A DNA stretch of 64,000 nucleotides, from assembly GCF_006345805.1 (NCBI RefSeq), contig NC_043000.1, positions 108,748,001 to 108,812,000 on the forward strand, written 5' to 3'. Origin of the DNA: Octopus sinensis (Eukaryota). Shown here piece after piece: positions 37,546 through 50,162 of this stretch (position 1 is the first letter of the stretch; every line of letters starts with the position of its first letter). Made by a program: the position numbers and the translations under genes. The notes under the pieces were generated by a model, which saw only the letters and a list, made by a program, of their open reading frames with translations, was not told the DNA's origin and did no database searches.

Positions 37546-39519
37546 TCTTGTCGCCTTACTGGCACTTGTGCCAGTAGCACATGAAAAAACATTTGAGCGA
37601 GGTCATTGCCAGTGCTGCTGGACTGGCTCCTGTGCAGGTGGTACGTAAAAAACACCATTTGAGTGTAGCCGTTGCCAGTACCAGCAGACTGGCCCTCGTG
37701 CCGGTGGCACGTAAAAGCACCCACTACACTCTCGGAGTGGTTGGCATTAGGAAGGGCATCTAGCTGTAGAAACACTGCCAGATCAGATTGGAGTCTGGTG
37801 CAGCCATCTGGCTTGCCAGTCCTCTGTCAAATCGTCCAACCACTAAGCATTTTGTCTGAAACAGAAAAGGATTCTGCCAGCTAACTATTTAGATTTTTAT
37901 AAAATCCCAGTTAAGGGTCTTTTGTCTTGCAGGGTACATGGTGACTCTCTTGGTGGTGTTGCCACATAAAAAGCACCCAGTGCCCTCAGTAAAGTGGTTG
38001 ATGTTAGGAAGAGCATCCAGCTGTAGAAACCATGCTAGAACAGAAAATGGAAGTTGGTGCAACTCTAAACCTTGCCAGCATTTGTGAACTTGTCCAACCC
38101 ATGCCAGCATGGAAAACAGACATTAAATGATGATGATGATGATGTATTGATAAATGAAGAACATCATAAACTTTTAAGATTCTTTCAGTATTTCTTTAGT
38201 TCCAAAATTTCAAATTTATAAGTGTTTCGTAAAATAAAATCAGGACTGAGATGATCACGTGGGGAAGGGGTGGGTGGGCGCAAAACAAACTGAAATAAAA
38301 ATAAATTAAAAAAAGAAAAGAAGTTTTATCTATTATAATTTATAAGGGAATTTTAGTTCTAAATAAATAAATTTATTCAATTTCAAACATACTTTTGATT
38401 TTGCTTATAAAACAGATTAGTTTTCTAAACTGTAAATTCAAAATTGAAAAAAAAAAAATAATAACTAAAAATCCCACTTCCCTTGTGTATGTGTGTTTAC
38501 ACACATCTGTGCATATGTGAATCAGATATACACTCAAAGACATCCATACATAAGTGAAACACACAATTAGACACACACACAAAACTGAACGTCACAAAGC
38601 ATATAAAATGTGCATCAGACCATGGAAGTGTTATTAAATAGGCAAATTTAATATTTCAATTAGCCACAGTAAACATCATCTAACAGTCTGTTAGCAGCTA
38701 GAGGCTAAGTAGAAAGCTGTTCTGAGAGGTGGCAACCACTGAAATATCAACAGTTTCATTAATCTAATACTGCTTCCCATCTGTTCCATCCCTGACATCT
38801 GCCAAAAACTTCCCTTAAATATCCTGCCAAACTTTCTCCTCTATCTCTCTTCAAATTGATGAGGGATTCAAGGCAAGCTGTATTTAATTAGCCTTAATTT
38901 TTCTAATTTACAAATTTTCACATGATTGACTTTTTCTTTTTCTTTCATTAAACAGAAAATACATCAAGTAAACAGATACACAAGAGCCTTCTCAAAAATT
39001 AAACACACAAGATTCTACAGCTGAAATTTTAAGCTTTATTATTATTATTTTGATTCTTTGGTATTTATGATAGAGGAGGGGGTGAGTGGTGAAAAGTATT
39101 TTAGAAAGTTATTCAATGTTAAATGCTTGTCGATAAAAGCAAATTCAACGTGTGATGCTCATCAACTTCTTAATCCCAAGAGATTACCTCAAAAGCAACT
39201 TTTACATTTCTTACTATGTTAATCAAATTACATCAACCACTTTAAAATGGTTTTGACTATTTGGACTGATTTCACATGTATACATATACTCTTTCTCTCT
39301 CTTTTTACATTAAATGTGTGCGGATGGTCATCTAAGAACCTATAAATCAGAAAAATTAGCCACACATCTGTCTGTTAACTGAGTGGCCACATTAATCAAA
39401 GTATACAATATTATTGATTCCATTACAGCTGATTTCACCAATTACTTTCACACAAGATAGGAGCTGAGCTTCAGGGACAGTAGGTGTATGAAAAGTAGTT
39501 TTCCATACTTATCATCCCT

Positions 39520-40560
39520 GAAGAGCACATGGGTTGGATAGTTTGACTCAGTTACCAATATCTGATGGAAAACTTTGAGATCAATTGTAATGGATCTATA
39601 ATATCGTATACTTTGACTACAGACAGCAAAAAATTTAGTGTACAGGTAGGTGTTCATCAAGGATCACTTCTCAGACCCCTCTTGCTTATCATTGTCCTCC
39701 AGGCCAAAACAGAGCTATTTAAAACTGGCTGTCCTTGGGAGTTCCTCTACACTGATGACCTTGTTCTTATTGCTGAAATGCAACAAGAACGCTAAGAAAT
39801 TTCAAGGAAACAACGTCTAGAATCAAAAGGACCAAAGTCCTAGTAAGTTGGAAAACAGACAAATCACAGAATCCTTTAGAGCAATGGCCTTGCTTGGTAT
39901 ATAAAAAAGGTGTTGGCAGAAACTCCATACAGTGTACCTGGTGCAAGCTATGGACACACAAGAGGTGCAGTAATATCACAGGAAGATTAACATGGCAGAT
40001 GCACAGGTACAATAAACACGAGGACTCCCCCAAATGTCCTGGAGTATCCTTAGAAGTAGTGAATAGTTTACAATACTTAGGCGACAAAGTTAGTAGCGGA
40101 GGAGGAAGCACTGAAAGTTGCTGGAATAAGGACAGGTTGAGCAAAGTTCAGAGAGCTGCTACTTTTGTTGGTAACAAAGAGCCTCTTCCTCAGAGTGAAA
40201 GGCAGACTGTATGATGCCTGTGTATGAATAGCTTTGCTACATAGTATTGGGACATGGGATGTGACTACTGAGGACATGTAAAAGCTTGAAAGAAGTGAAG
40301 TCAGCATGCTCCATTGGGTGGGTAATATCAGTGTGCATATACAATAGGGTGTAAGTGACTTGAGAGAAAAATTGGGTAAAAGAGGCATCAGATATAGTGT
40401 GCAAGAGATAAGATTGTGCTGGTATGGTCGTGCGATGCATGTGGATGAGGACAGCTGCATAAAAAGTACTGATCTCTAATTGAGGATGGAACATGCAAAA
40501 AGAGCAGACCCAGGAAGACATGGGCTGAAGTGATGAGAGAGGATCTTTAGACATTATGAA
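39520..40560 (+). mobile_element. Older, more decayed copy of the RTE LINE (RT C-terminal half)
   Basis: VQVGVHQGSLLRPLLLIIVLQ, CPWEFLYTDDLVLIAE, KGVGRNSIQCTWCKLWTHKRCSNITGRLT, LQYLGD; collinear with 58840-59640. Confidence 0.88.
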
Positions 40561-42299
40561 CTGAAATTTCTGGTGATGTGCTGTGTCAAGCCTAGTAAAA
40601 TTTGGACCATCTATACATACAAACACATCACTGTCAGCTGAGAGATCCCTGTCCTGCAGGCTTGTACACTCTGCAGAGTGCTTGATATTAGGAAACTATA
40701 TCAAAGCAAACAACTGGAGCTTGGAGAGCTCTTTGGCTGGCAAGCTCCAGTCAAACCATCCAACCCATGCCAGCATGGAAAATAGACATTAACAGCCATC
40801 ACATGATGCCATGACTAGTGTAAACCCACATACATACAAATGTTAGATTATTTTCAGTTTATGTCAACCAAATCCACTTACAAGGTTTTGGTTGCCCAGG
40901 GGCTATAGTAGAAGACATGTGCCCAAGGTGTTGTGCAGTGGAACTGAACCTAAAACCACATAGTTGGGAAGCAAGCTTCTAAGCCATACAGCCATGCCTG
41001 AACACATTCATGTAAAATAATATCAGTGTGTAAAGAGGAGCAGTAAGAAACTAACGACCATTCTTGGGAATAGGAAAAACTAAAGAAAAAATAACGAGGT
41101 CTTTAATTGCAGACATAATCAGCTTTTTGTTACGAACACTAAATAAACGAATATCAAGATATAAATAAACTAACAAATCATAAAGAAGATGAGAAAAGTG
41201 AGACAAACTAGCTGAGAATATAAACTGACATCACAGATGGAAATTTTAAATTTATATATACAGCTTTAATTGTATAATTTATTTTAAATCAGATTTTAAT
41301 TTTATTGGAACACAGACATTAACTGATGATGATGTCACAAATCCCACCCGTTTTTATAATCAGCCATGTAGGCCATATGCAAATATAACCATGTGTGTAT
41401 GTGCGTGTTTACCTTTTGTTTGTCACAGGACTGTGACTATCCTAGGGCACTGCCTTGAAGTGTTTAGTGGAACAGATAAACCCCTCTACTCATTTTTATT
41501 ATAATTATTTTTGTTGTTCAAGCCTGGCACTTATTCTATCAGTCTCTTTTGCCAAACTACTAAGTTACAGGGATTCAAACAAACCAACACTGATTGTTAA
41601 GCAGTTGTGGGAAACACACACATACCCACACATACACAAAAGGCCCTTATAGAGGTTGTGTCTGACAAAATTTGCTCACAAGGCATTGTTTGGCCCAGGG
41701 CTTCAGAAGCCATGCAGTGGTATTGAACCCAAAACCAATGGTTACAAACCGAGCTTTTTAACCATACAGCCATACCTGCATATAATGAGAGAGATTACAT
41801 GTTTTAAACAATCAAATGTACTTCGGTCCAATAAATGACCAACAGAGTGGCCACAGCAAAATACATGAGATTTGGCTCATGTAAAGTCACAATGAAAAGA
41901 GACGAAAGTTTATTACTATATAAGAATAAGAATAACAAAATGGTGTAGTTACAAGGTACGATATATAAATAGTAAACAGGTAGGATTTGAACTCAACCAA
42001 GACACATCTCTAACATTAATACTACTATTGTTACACATTATAAATCTGCCTGAATGATCATCATCTACATGTTTGCCCTCTCCATGCTAGTATGGGTTAG
42101 TCAGCACTTCTTGGGGCAACATTTTACAGCTATGTGCCCTTGCTACTGTCAATTTTTGCTTATTCACAGTAAGGCACTTTGTACCATATTTTCACCTGTT
42201 GAACTAATGAGCTGCTAGACTTTTTGTCAATGCGGTATGGAAACCATAACACTACTACCCAAATGGTGACACTGAATTTTATATATGTATATACATACC

Positions 42300-42582
42300 A
42301 CAGACTCCTGTCGTTAAACGACATATGAGGGGCTGGCAATTTCTTGCTGAACAACCACATATGATTTGTTTGTAGCAATCAAATGTTTGTGTTCACATAA
42401 GCTCAGTCCCTCCATCAAATCGACATTACCTGTACAGGTGCACAATGTAATACATGTCAGATGACAAAATGATTGCAGAGCAATGTAAAATGAAGTGCTT
42501 TGCCCAACAACACAACGCCCAGTTTGGGAATCGAACCCACCATCTCACAATCACAAGCACAACACCCTAACCACTAAGCCAC
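42300..42582 (-). mobile_element. Fourth tRNA-derived SINE family
   Basis: Minus-strand head gtggcttagtggttagggtg...gggttcgattcccaaactgggcg with A and B boxes, then ttgggcaaagcacttcattttacattgct; a related plus-strand copy lies at about 29125-29420. Confidence 0.7.
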
Positions 42583-45207
42583 ACACACACACCACCTGAT
42601 GAGAGATAAAGTCCTCAAAACAGAATGTAGTAGAGGACTGGTTATGAGGTAAAATCATGCATATTTCCTTGATTTCCTTCGTACCTACATTTTATTTTGT
42701 CACTTTATAGGCTTGTATCAATGTTATAATTATTAGGTTGTCAAGAAAGTTCTTGTGGAATTTTTAATTTTGGTTTTAAAAAATGTATTTTTAAATTAAT
42801 TCTCGTTAAATTACTTTGACTTTATATATCATTTTAAAGCCCGTTTTTCACTATCTAATCGTGTTACTCTTTTTCTTTTTCTCTGGCCATCAGAGAATTT
42901 CTTTGATCACACAGTACCTTCACTGATCTAAAACAAGAAATAGTGACGAAGGCCTGTGACTAGTTCCAAGGTCACCTGGAGCTGTGATTGAGTCAGACTG
43001 ACTGAATCTGTCATGAAAACAAACTGACCCAAATTTGATGAAAATATCTCAAAAAAATAAAAACACTTATTCTTTCTCCTGAGACAGTCATCATTCAAAT
43101 GAATACCAGCCACACATTTATATCTGTGGACTTTGTCTTTATCTCTTTCACCTCTTGTACCAAACATTATCTGAATTAAAACCTGTTACCAAAAGACAAT
43201 TAACTGTTATTATCAGGTTTCTAATTTGACACTTTTCCTACAGATAGCTGTGAATCTAATTAACATACAAATGACAAAGAGGATTGTCAGAATGTCTACA
43301 TTTATCAGACTGTGCCCAAGTACAAACTGGTCAGTCACTAAAGTCAGTGATTTGTGAGACTGTCTGGTCGAGGTGGCTATCAGTGAAGATTATATTTAAT
43401 ATACATTAATTACTAAACCTTCCCTAGTAACCCACTGAATTACTAATATACTATTGTAGTTTTATAGGTTACTAAATGCCATTATATATATTAAATAGTT
43501 GTGAGGTTAAGAAGTTAACTTCACAACTATGTGGTTCCAGGTTCAATCCCACATGCAGTACCTTGGGCAATTTCCATCTATAATAGCCCTAAGCTTTGTG
43601 AAAGGATTTGGTAGATGGAAACCAAAAGAAGACCATCATGTGTGTGTCCTCGTCCTGACACCACCCCCACTCACTCATTTCCAGCTACCGCTGCCTGGAA
43701 TAGAATGTGCAACAACATGAGATAGTTGTCTCCATAGTACTCAATCCTAGACAAATGCATTCAGGATAATCATGTCAAGACCCGTCCTTGCGGTGATGTT
43801 ATCTATCGATCTCTTAGGGTGCTGGAGCCTGGGGCAGTCATCTGCTTTGCCTATCCTCAGTCAAATCGTCCAACCCATGCTAGCATGGAAAGCAGACGTT
43901 AGATGATGATGATGATGATGATATGACAAGCTTCTTTCAGTTTTCATCAGCCAAATTCACCCACAAGGTTTTGGTCAACCTGGGACTGCAGTAGAAGACA
44001 TATTGTCCAAGGTACTGTGCAATGGGATTGAAGCCCAGACCACACAGCCAAGACTGAACCTAGAGTTTTAATTCTACATTCTGTCACTAGATTTAATTCT
44101 ACATTCATACACAAAATTTATGCTAACAATTTCTCAAATGCAGGTTTCAAAATTAGAGGAGGTTTGCAGGGGGTGAATGGAAGTAAAACAAGAAGTTGAA
44201 GCAGCAGCAGCACAGCCTTATACTTGGGAACAGTTAATATCTGTGTTAATAAGAGCTCCTTTTTGTTTCAGTCATTGGACTATGGTCATGCCGGGGCATT
44301 ACCTTGAAGGGCTTCATTGAACAAATCAACCCCAGGACTTATTTTAAAGGCTTGTACTTATTCTGTCAGTCTCTTTTGCTGAAATCCTAAGTTACAGGAA
44401 CATAAACAAACCAACACCAATTGTTAAGTGATGGTGGAGGAACAAATACAAATACACACGCATACACGTGACAGGCTTCCATGCAATTTCCATCTCCTAA
44501 ATTCATTCACAAGATCAGTTGAGGGTTATAGTAGAAGAGACCTGCTCAAAGTACAGCACACAGTGGAACTTAACCTGAAACTTCATAGTTGCAAAGCAAG
44601 CTTCAAATTTTCAAGCTTTTTTGTTTTTTCAGAAAAAGAAAAGACCAACAAAACGTTTAATGTTTAGCAACATACAAAACAGTATATAGATAGAAATATA
44701 TATAAAATATGTGAAAAACTATATGGCTAAATTTTCAGAAATACAGAAATTGGCAACACAAATACATCTCACAGGATGACTGGGAGAAACTGAAAACTTA
44801 TTGACAATGAATACACCTTGTCCTCAGAAAAGACCCTTTCTATCATAGGCACAAGGCCTGAAATTTTGAGGGAGGGGGGCTAGTTGATTACATCAACCCT
44901 GGTGCTCAACAAGTATTTATTTTATCAACCCCAAAAAGTGAAGGGCAAAGTCAATCTTGGCAGAATCTGAATTCAGGATGTGAAGAGACAAAATGCCACT
45001 GAGCGTTTTGCCCCGTATGCTAATGATTATGCCAACCCACTGTTATAATAATAATTATTCTTTCTACTAAAGGATAAGGCGATTACTTTGATCCCAGTGA
45101 TTGACTGGTACTTGATTTATCAACCCAGAAATGATGAACGGCAAAGTTTTGAGCTTGGCGAAATTTGAACTTACTAAGCATTTCATCTCGTGCTTATGAC
45201 TCTACTA

Positions 45208-45606
45208 GTGGAGGCGCAATGGCCCAGTGGTTAGGGCAGCGGACTCGCGGTCTTAGGATCGCGGTTTCGATTCCCAGACCGGGCGTTGTGAGTGTTTATT
45301 GAGCGAAAGCACCTAAAGCTCCACGAGGCTCCGACAGGGGATGGTGGTGATCCCTGCTGTACTCTTTCACCACAACTTTCTCTCACTCTTACTTCCTGTT
45401 TCTGTTGTACCTGTATTTCAAAAGGGCCAGCCTTGTCACTCTGTGTCACGCTGAATATCCCCGAGAACTACGTTAAGGGTACACGTGTCTGTGGAGTGCT
45501 CAGCCACTTACACGTTAATTTTACGAGCAGGCTGTTCCATTGATTCGGATCAACCGGAACCCTCGTCGTCGTAACCGACGGAGAAAAGAGGAGAGAGAGA
45601 GAGAGA
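45208..45606 (+). mobile_element. Young full-length tRNA-derived SINE with a 12-bp TSD
   Basis: tRNA-like head (tggcccagtgg A box; ggtttcgattcc B-box-like), CpGs retained, GA-rich tail. TSD atgactctacta at 45196-45207 and 45607-45618. Inserted into an older SINE. Confidence 0.88.
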
Positions 45607-46074
45607 ATGACTCTACTAACATTGCTACTTGGATGGGTTTTTTTTTTTTGAGATTGGTACTTGGATGTTGAATGTCTCCCATGATAATTAACAGTTTGTT
45701 AATTTAACAGCCAAGTATCAAAGCTTATAATGTGTGGAAAGAGACCCTGTGGGATTTCTGACAGCAGGCTATTGTCCGCTCTCACAGAATCTACCAAAGC
45801 AAACAAGACTGAGCGCTCTGAGAAGTAAAACAATAATAATAAACAATGTAAAAGCAGGGAACTGGCAGAAACATTAGCACGCTGGGCGGAATGCTTAGCA
45901 GTATTTCGTTTGTCTTTATGTTCTGAGTTCAAATTCTGCCACGGTCGACTTTGCCTTTTATCCTTTTGGGGTCGATAAATTAAGTACCAGTTGTGTATTG
46001 AGGTCGATCTAATCGACTGGCTCCCTCCCCCAAAATTTTGGGCCTTGTGCCTAGAGTAGAAAAGAATAAACAAT

Positions 46075-46385
46075 GTAACTCTAAAAGAACTGGAGAAACT
46101 CTCAAAATGCAAAGATCTGGAACCTGAAGGCAAAAACAGTTCATCATAAAAGGTACTTTGGGTGTGATTAAAAAAATGTAGACAGATAACCAAAAGCCCA
46201 GAACTTACCGATACACACAGCTTTCAGAAAATAGCACTGCTAGGTACCACACACATTTTATTCAATGCAATAAAAAACATCCAAACTACAGCACATACCA
46301 AAGGCACACACAGCTGCAATCAGTAATGCAGTGAAAGCACACAGTAAAAATAACACTACTGTAATAATAATAATAATAATAATAA
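46075..46385 (+). mobile_element. R4/Dong-like (RLE-type) LINE 3' remnant
   Basis: KELEKLSKCKDLE, IIKGTLGVIKK and FQKIALLGTTHIL match my recollection of the KE.EK..KY.DL / GALG / QK.ALLGTAHILR C-terminal motifs; (AAT)n tail. Confidence 0.65.
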
Positions 46386-46572
46386 GTGTAGAGGCACCAA
46401 CCTGAAAACTTTACCGAAAGAGAAACAAGAGAACATTCTATGCTGTACTTGACCCAACTGAGTCAACAAAGCCTCAAAGAGCTGTTCTAGACAGACCAAT
46501 CCCACGTCATTGTGGAAAGGAAATGTCAAATGAGAATTGTTAGATTATTTTTTATCACTTCTTCACCATATG

Positions 46573-46607
<35 letters not shown>

Positions 46608-49041
46608 AAGAAAAGTAGGTGTGTGTGTGTGTGTGTGAATGGAGTAGATAGGCTTTTGTTTTTCTACAAAACAACTCTACTTATTATTTGAGGATGAAGG
46701 TGCAGGAGCATAATTCATGTTGTGTGAAAATATAAAACTGTATAACCACCATTACACAAGAAATAAACAACAGATGAAGTACATATTTAAAGAGGGTTGT
46801 ATATATATATATAGGTGCAGGCATGGTTGTGGTTAAGAAGCTCAGTTTGCAACCATATCATTTTGGGTTCAATCCCATTGCAGCACTGTAGGTGTCTCCA
46901 ACCACAGCCCTGAACCAACCAATGCCTTGCAAAGAAATTTGGTAGACAGAAGAAACTAAGTGGAAGCTTGTCATATATCATCATCATCCTTTAACATCGC
47001 TATTCCATGTTGGTATGGGTTGGACTAGACATGTGTTCATGTGTGTGTGTCCCTGCTTGACAATCGGTGCTAAGTAGTTTACATTCCCTTAACTTAGCAG
47101 TTCAGTGAAAGAAACCAATGGAATAAGAAGCAAACTTTAACTCCTTTGATACTGACCCCTATTTTAAAATCATCCAAAAACCTTCTTCCCTCAAAATTTC
47201 TTGTTAATTTTTGTTACAAACACCAGCTTAATAATGAAAGCCATTTTGATAAATTTTTCATTATTTAAAAAATCAATTGAAACAAAAGCAGGATATTTTA
47301 ATATAAATATGGCAATGGCCCTCATGCCAGTGGCACGTAAAAAGTACCATTCGAGTGTGGTCGATGCCAGTACAGCCTGACTAATCTCATATCGGTGGCA
47401 CATAAAAAGCACCCACTTTGCTCTTGGAGTGGTTGGCGTTAGGAAGGGCATCCAGCTGCAGAAACCTTGCCAGATCAGACTGGAGCCTGGTGCAGCCTTC
47501 TGGCTTGCCGGTCCTCAGTCAAACGATCCAACCCTTGCCAGCATGGAAAGCAGACGTTAAACTGCGATGATGATGAAAAGTGTTGAAAAAGAAGACATGT
47601 TTGACTTCAAGGCAACCCAACAAGTGAAACCAGTAAAAGATAAAGATACAAAATCACCAAACTAAGATTTTTTTTTTAAGGGGTACAGGAAGAAGGTCAA
47701 AGGTTAGAAACCAAACGAGAATGCCATTCTACAAAGAGATGGTGAGGTATCATTTAATCTGAACTAAAATACTTCTAAAAGAAATATGAAAGATATAAAA
47801 GGCAAAACTCACCAGTGTCAGCAATATTTTCCCTTGTTTGTTTCTTAACTACATTTGTCTTAGTCCTTGCATAGCTACAGATTTTTTTTATTTATTGTCT
47901 TAACTCTAATTCTAGATATGACAATGCTCCCAGGAGGTGAGTCAGGTGATTTATTTTGTTTTGTAAATTAAGATGCTTAAAGCCTGGTGAATCAAGAGAT
48001 TTCATTGACAAGACAATTATGAAACTGTTCAAGCATGAAATAAGAATCTTGACATGAATGCTGGTTGAGAGAGGGAGGGGGGAGAGAGTGATGTATGCTA
48101 ATGTATGATGTGGCAGTTGACTGATCACATCACAGGTTGTTGTATGTAGGTGTCAGAGACGGTGAGGTATCATGCCATCACTATTTTAATGTCCACTTTT
48201 TCATGTTTGTGCAGGTTGGACGAAGCTTGAGACATTTACTACAACTGGATGCCCATCCTGTTGCCAACTGTCTCCTGATTCCAAAAGCAAGGTAATATTT
48301 CCTCATGGCCTGGCACACTTTTGCAAGAATATTGGAACTGAAAAAGGCACTGCTTTTATGACAATGGCATGCTTACAACAATCATGCAAAGTCAAAACAA
48401 AGAGTCACAATCACACACACACACACATATATATATATATAAAACAGGCTTCTTTCAGTTTCTGTCAATGAAATCCACTCACAAGACTTTGGTCAACTTG
48501 GTGCCACAGTAAAAGACACATGCTCATATGAGTTCAAAATTAAGTAGCTCTGAGCAAGATAACTCTTCTTGTATGAAGAAGAACAAAATATAACTTGCCC
48601 TGTAAGGAATTTACCAGTGATACCCACTTATAAAACTAAACATGGATGGTAAACTTAATCTGGCCTGATTGAACACTACCTGGCGCTCAATGGGTGGTTT
48701 TAGTAAAGTGGCAGAGTTAATTATGTTGCAAGCATTGAGGACTAGGTGTCCAGTTTGAGGACATCAAAATCTTCCTTCCTCTCCAACCTGTCTTGGAGAC
48801 CCTGCAAAATGGAGGGAGGAGGAGTCATGGACACAGTCCTTCGTCCAGTCACAAACCATAAAACATAATTGAAATTATTTTATATTGCAAAAAAAAAAAA
48901 CGTTCTCATCATCAAGAAACAATATATAGAACATTTGGTAGAATTTCAGAACAGCTGTCCTTTGCTGTATATCCCATAACTTATGGGAAAGGAAAACGGC
49001 TCGAAAGGGATGGGAGATGAAAATATTGGGCAAAATGGAAA

Positions 49042-49073
<32 letters not shown>

Positions 49074-50040
49074 GATTAGTTATTTGCGTTGTCTGAAACA
49101 CGGGAACTATTTTTAAATGTGCGGTGAGTGGGATGGCAAGAGAGAAAAAAAATAACTACCCTTTCTTTGACTCACAAGGTATGGGACTTCAAGGCAAAAC
49201 TATTTCAAAATAAATAAAAGAGATCGATTAACCACATATACACAGAGTATGGAAACCTCTACGTGTGACAAAGAACACGAATAAGTCTTATTGCTGAAAC
49301 GAAAAGTAGGGAGACGACAACATAAGAAAGCCCCTAAAAATAAAAACAGTAACCTGAAAAGAGTTGAAATGGAATAGTCATAGCAAGTAATGTAATACGA
49401 ATAAATAATTAGGGCAGATGAGACGTATTTCAAAACTAACGTCGATATCATTGTTTTATCACTGTTACACATTGTATATCAGTTACACATTGTATATCAG
49501 TTCAAGTAAGCCTTCATATCTCCTTCAACCTTCGTTCTGGTTCAGAATATTTACGAATACTTATTACACACAGCACAATATCTCCTCCCCTTCATACTGA
49601 AGACAATTTTAATTCCGTATAACAAAACAAAATGTGCCAACAAAAAAATAAATTCCTGTATTGTTTTCTTGCATAAGCCAAATACCGTCCATGCAATAAC
49701 TATATTTATAATGATATGGAGTAAAAGTGCATTTAGTTGCGTGTCAACAGAAAACACTGATTATATCTAATTACATACACGATGTAGCATAATTACACAA
49801 AAGATAACTTGAAAAAAAAACCCAAAAAAAAACGAATCGACACAAAACACGTAAGATTGTATTACTCAAAATATATAACAGTTTCTATTAATAAGAAAAA
49901 AGTTCGCTTTAAAAGTTCTGGTGATCTTTCCAAGATTAAAATATGAAAAAGAAAAGAGTGTGGTGGGGGGGGGAGAAATACTAAGTTTCTGCAAATATAC
50001 AAGGTTAAGACCTCGTTTATATTATGCGTGTGTGTGTGTG

Positions 50041-50078
<38 letters not shown>

Positions 50079-50127
50079 ATTCTCTTGTGAACGACAAATG
50101 AGGGTTCAGTAAAATAAAGCATATTTT

Positions 50128-50162
<35 letters not shown>

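Noticed and set aside
42730-42870. Mariner-like TIR start tattaggttgtcaagaaagttc
   Set aside because: No partner TIR and no clear transposase motif; too decayed to call.
45208-45285. Functional tRNA gene
   Set aside because: The tRNA-like head continues into a SINE body with a tail and TSD; I could not form a proper acceptor stem. The same applies to the other SINE heads.
49463-49500. 18-bp direct duplication gttacacattgtatatca x2 (similar case near 44070-44105)
   Set aside because: Ordinary slippage duplication with no further structure.
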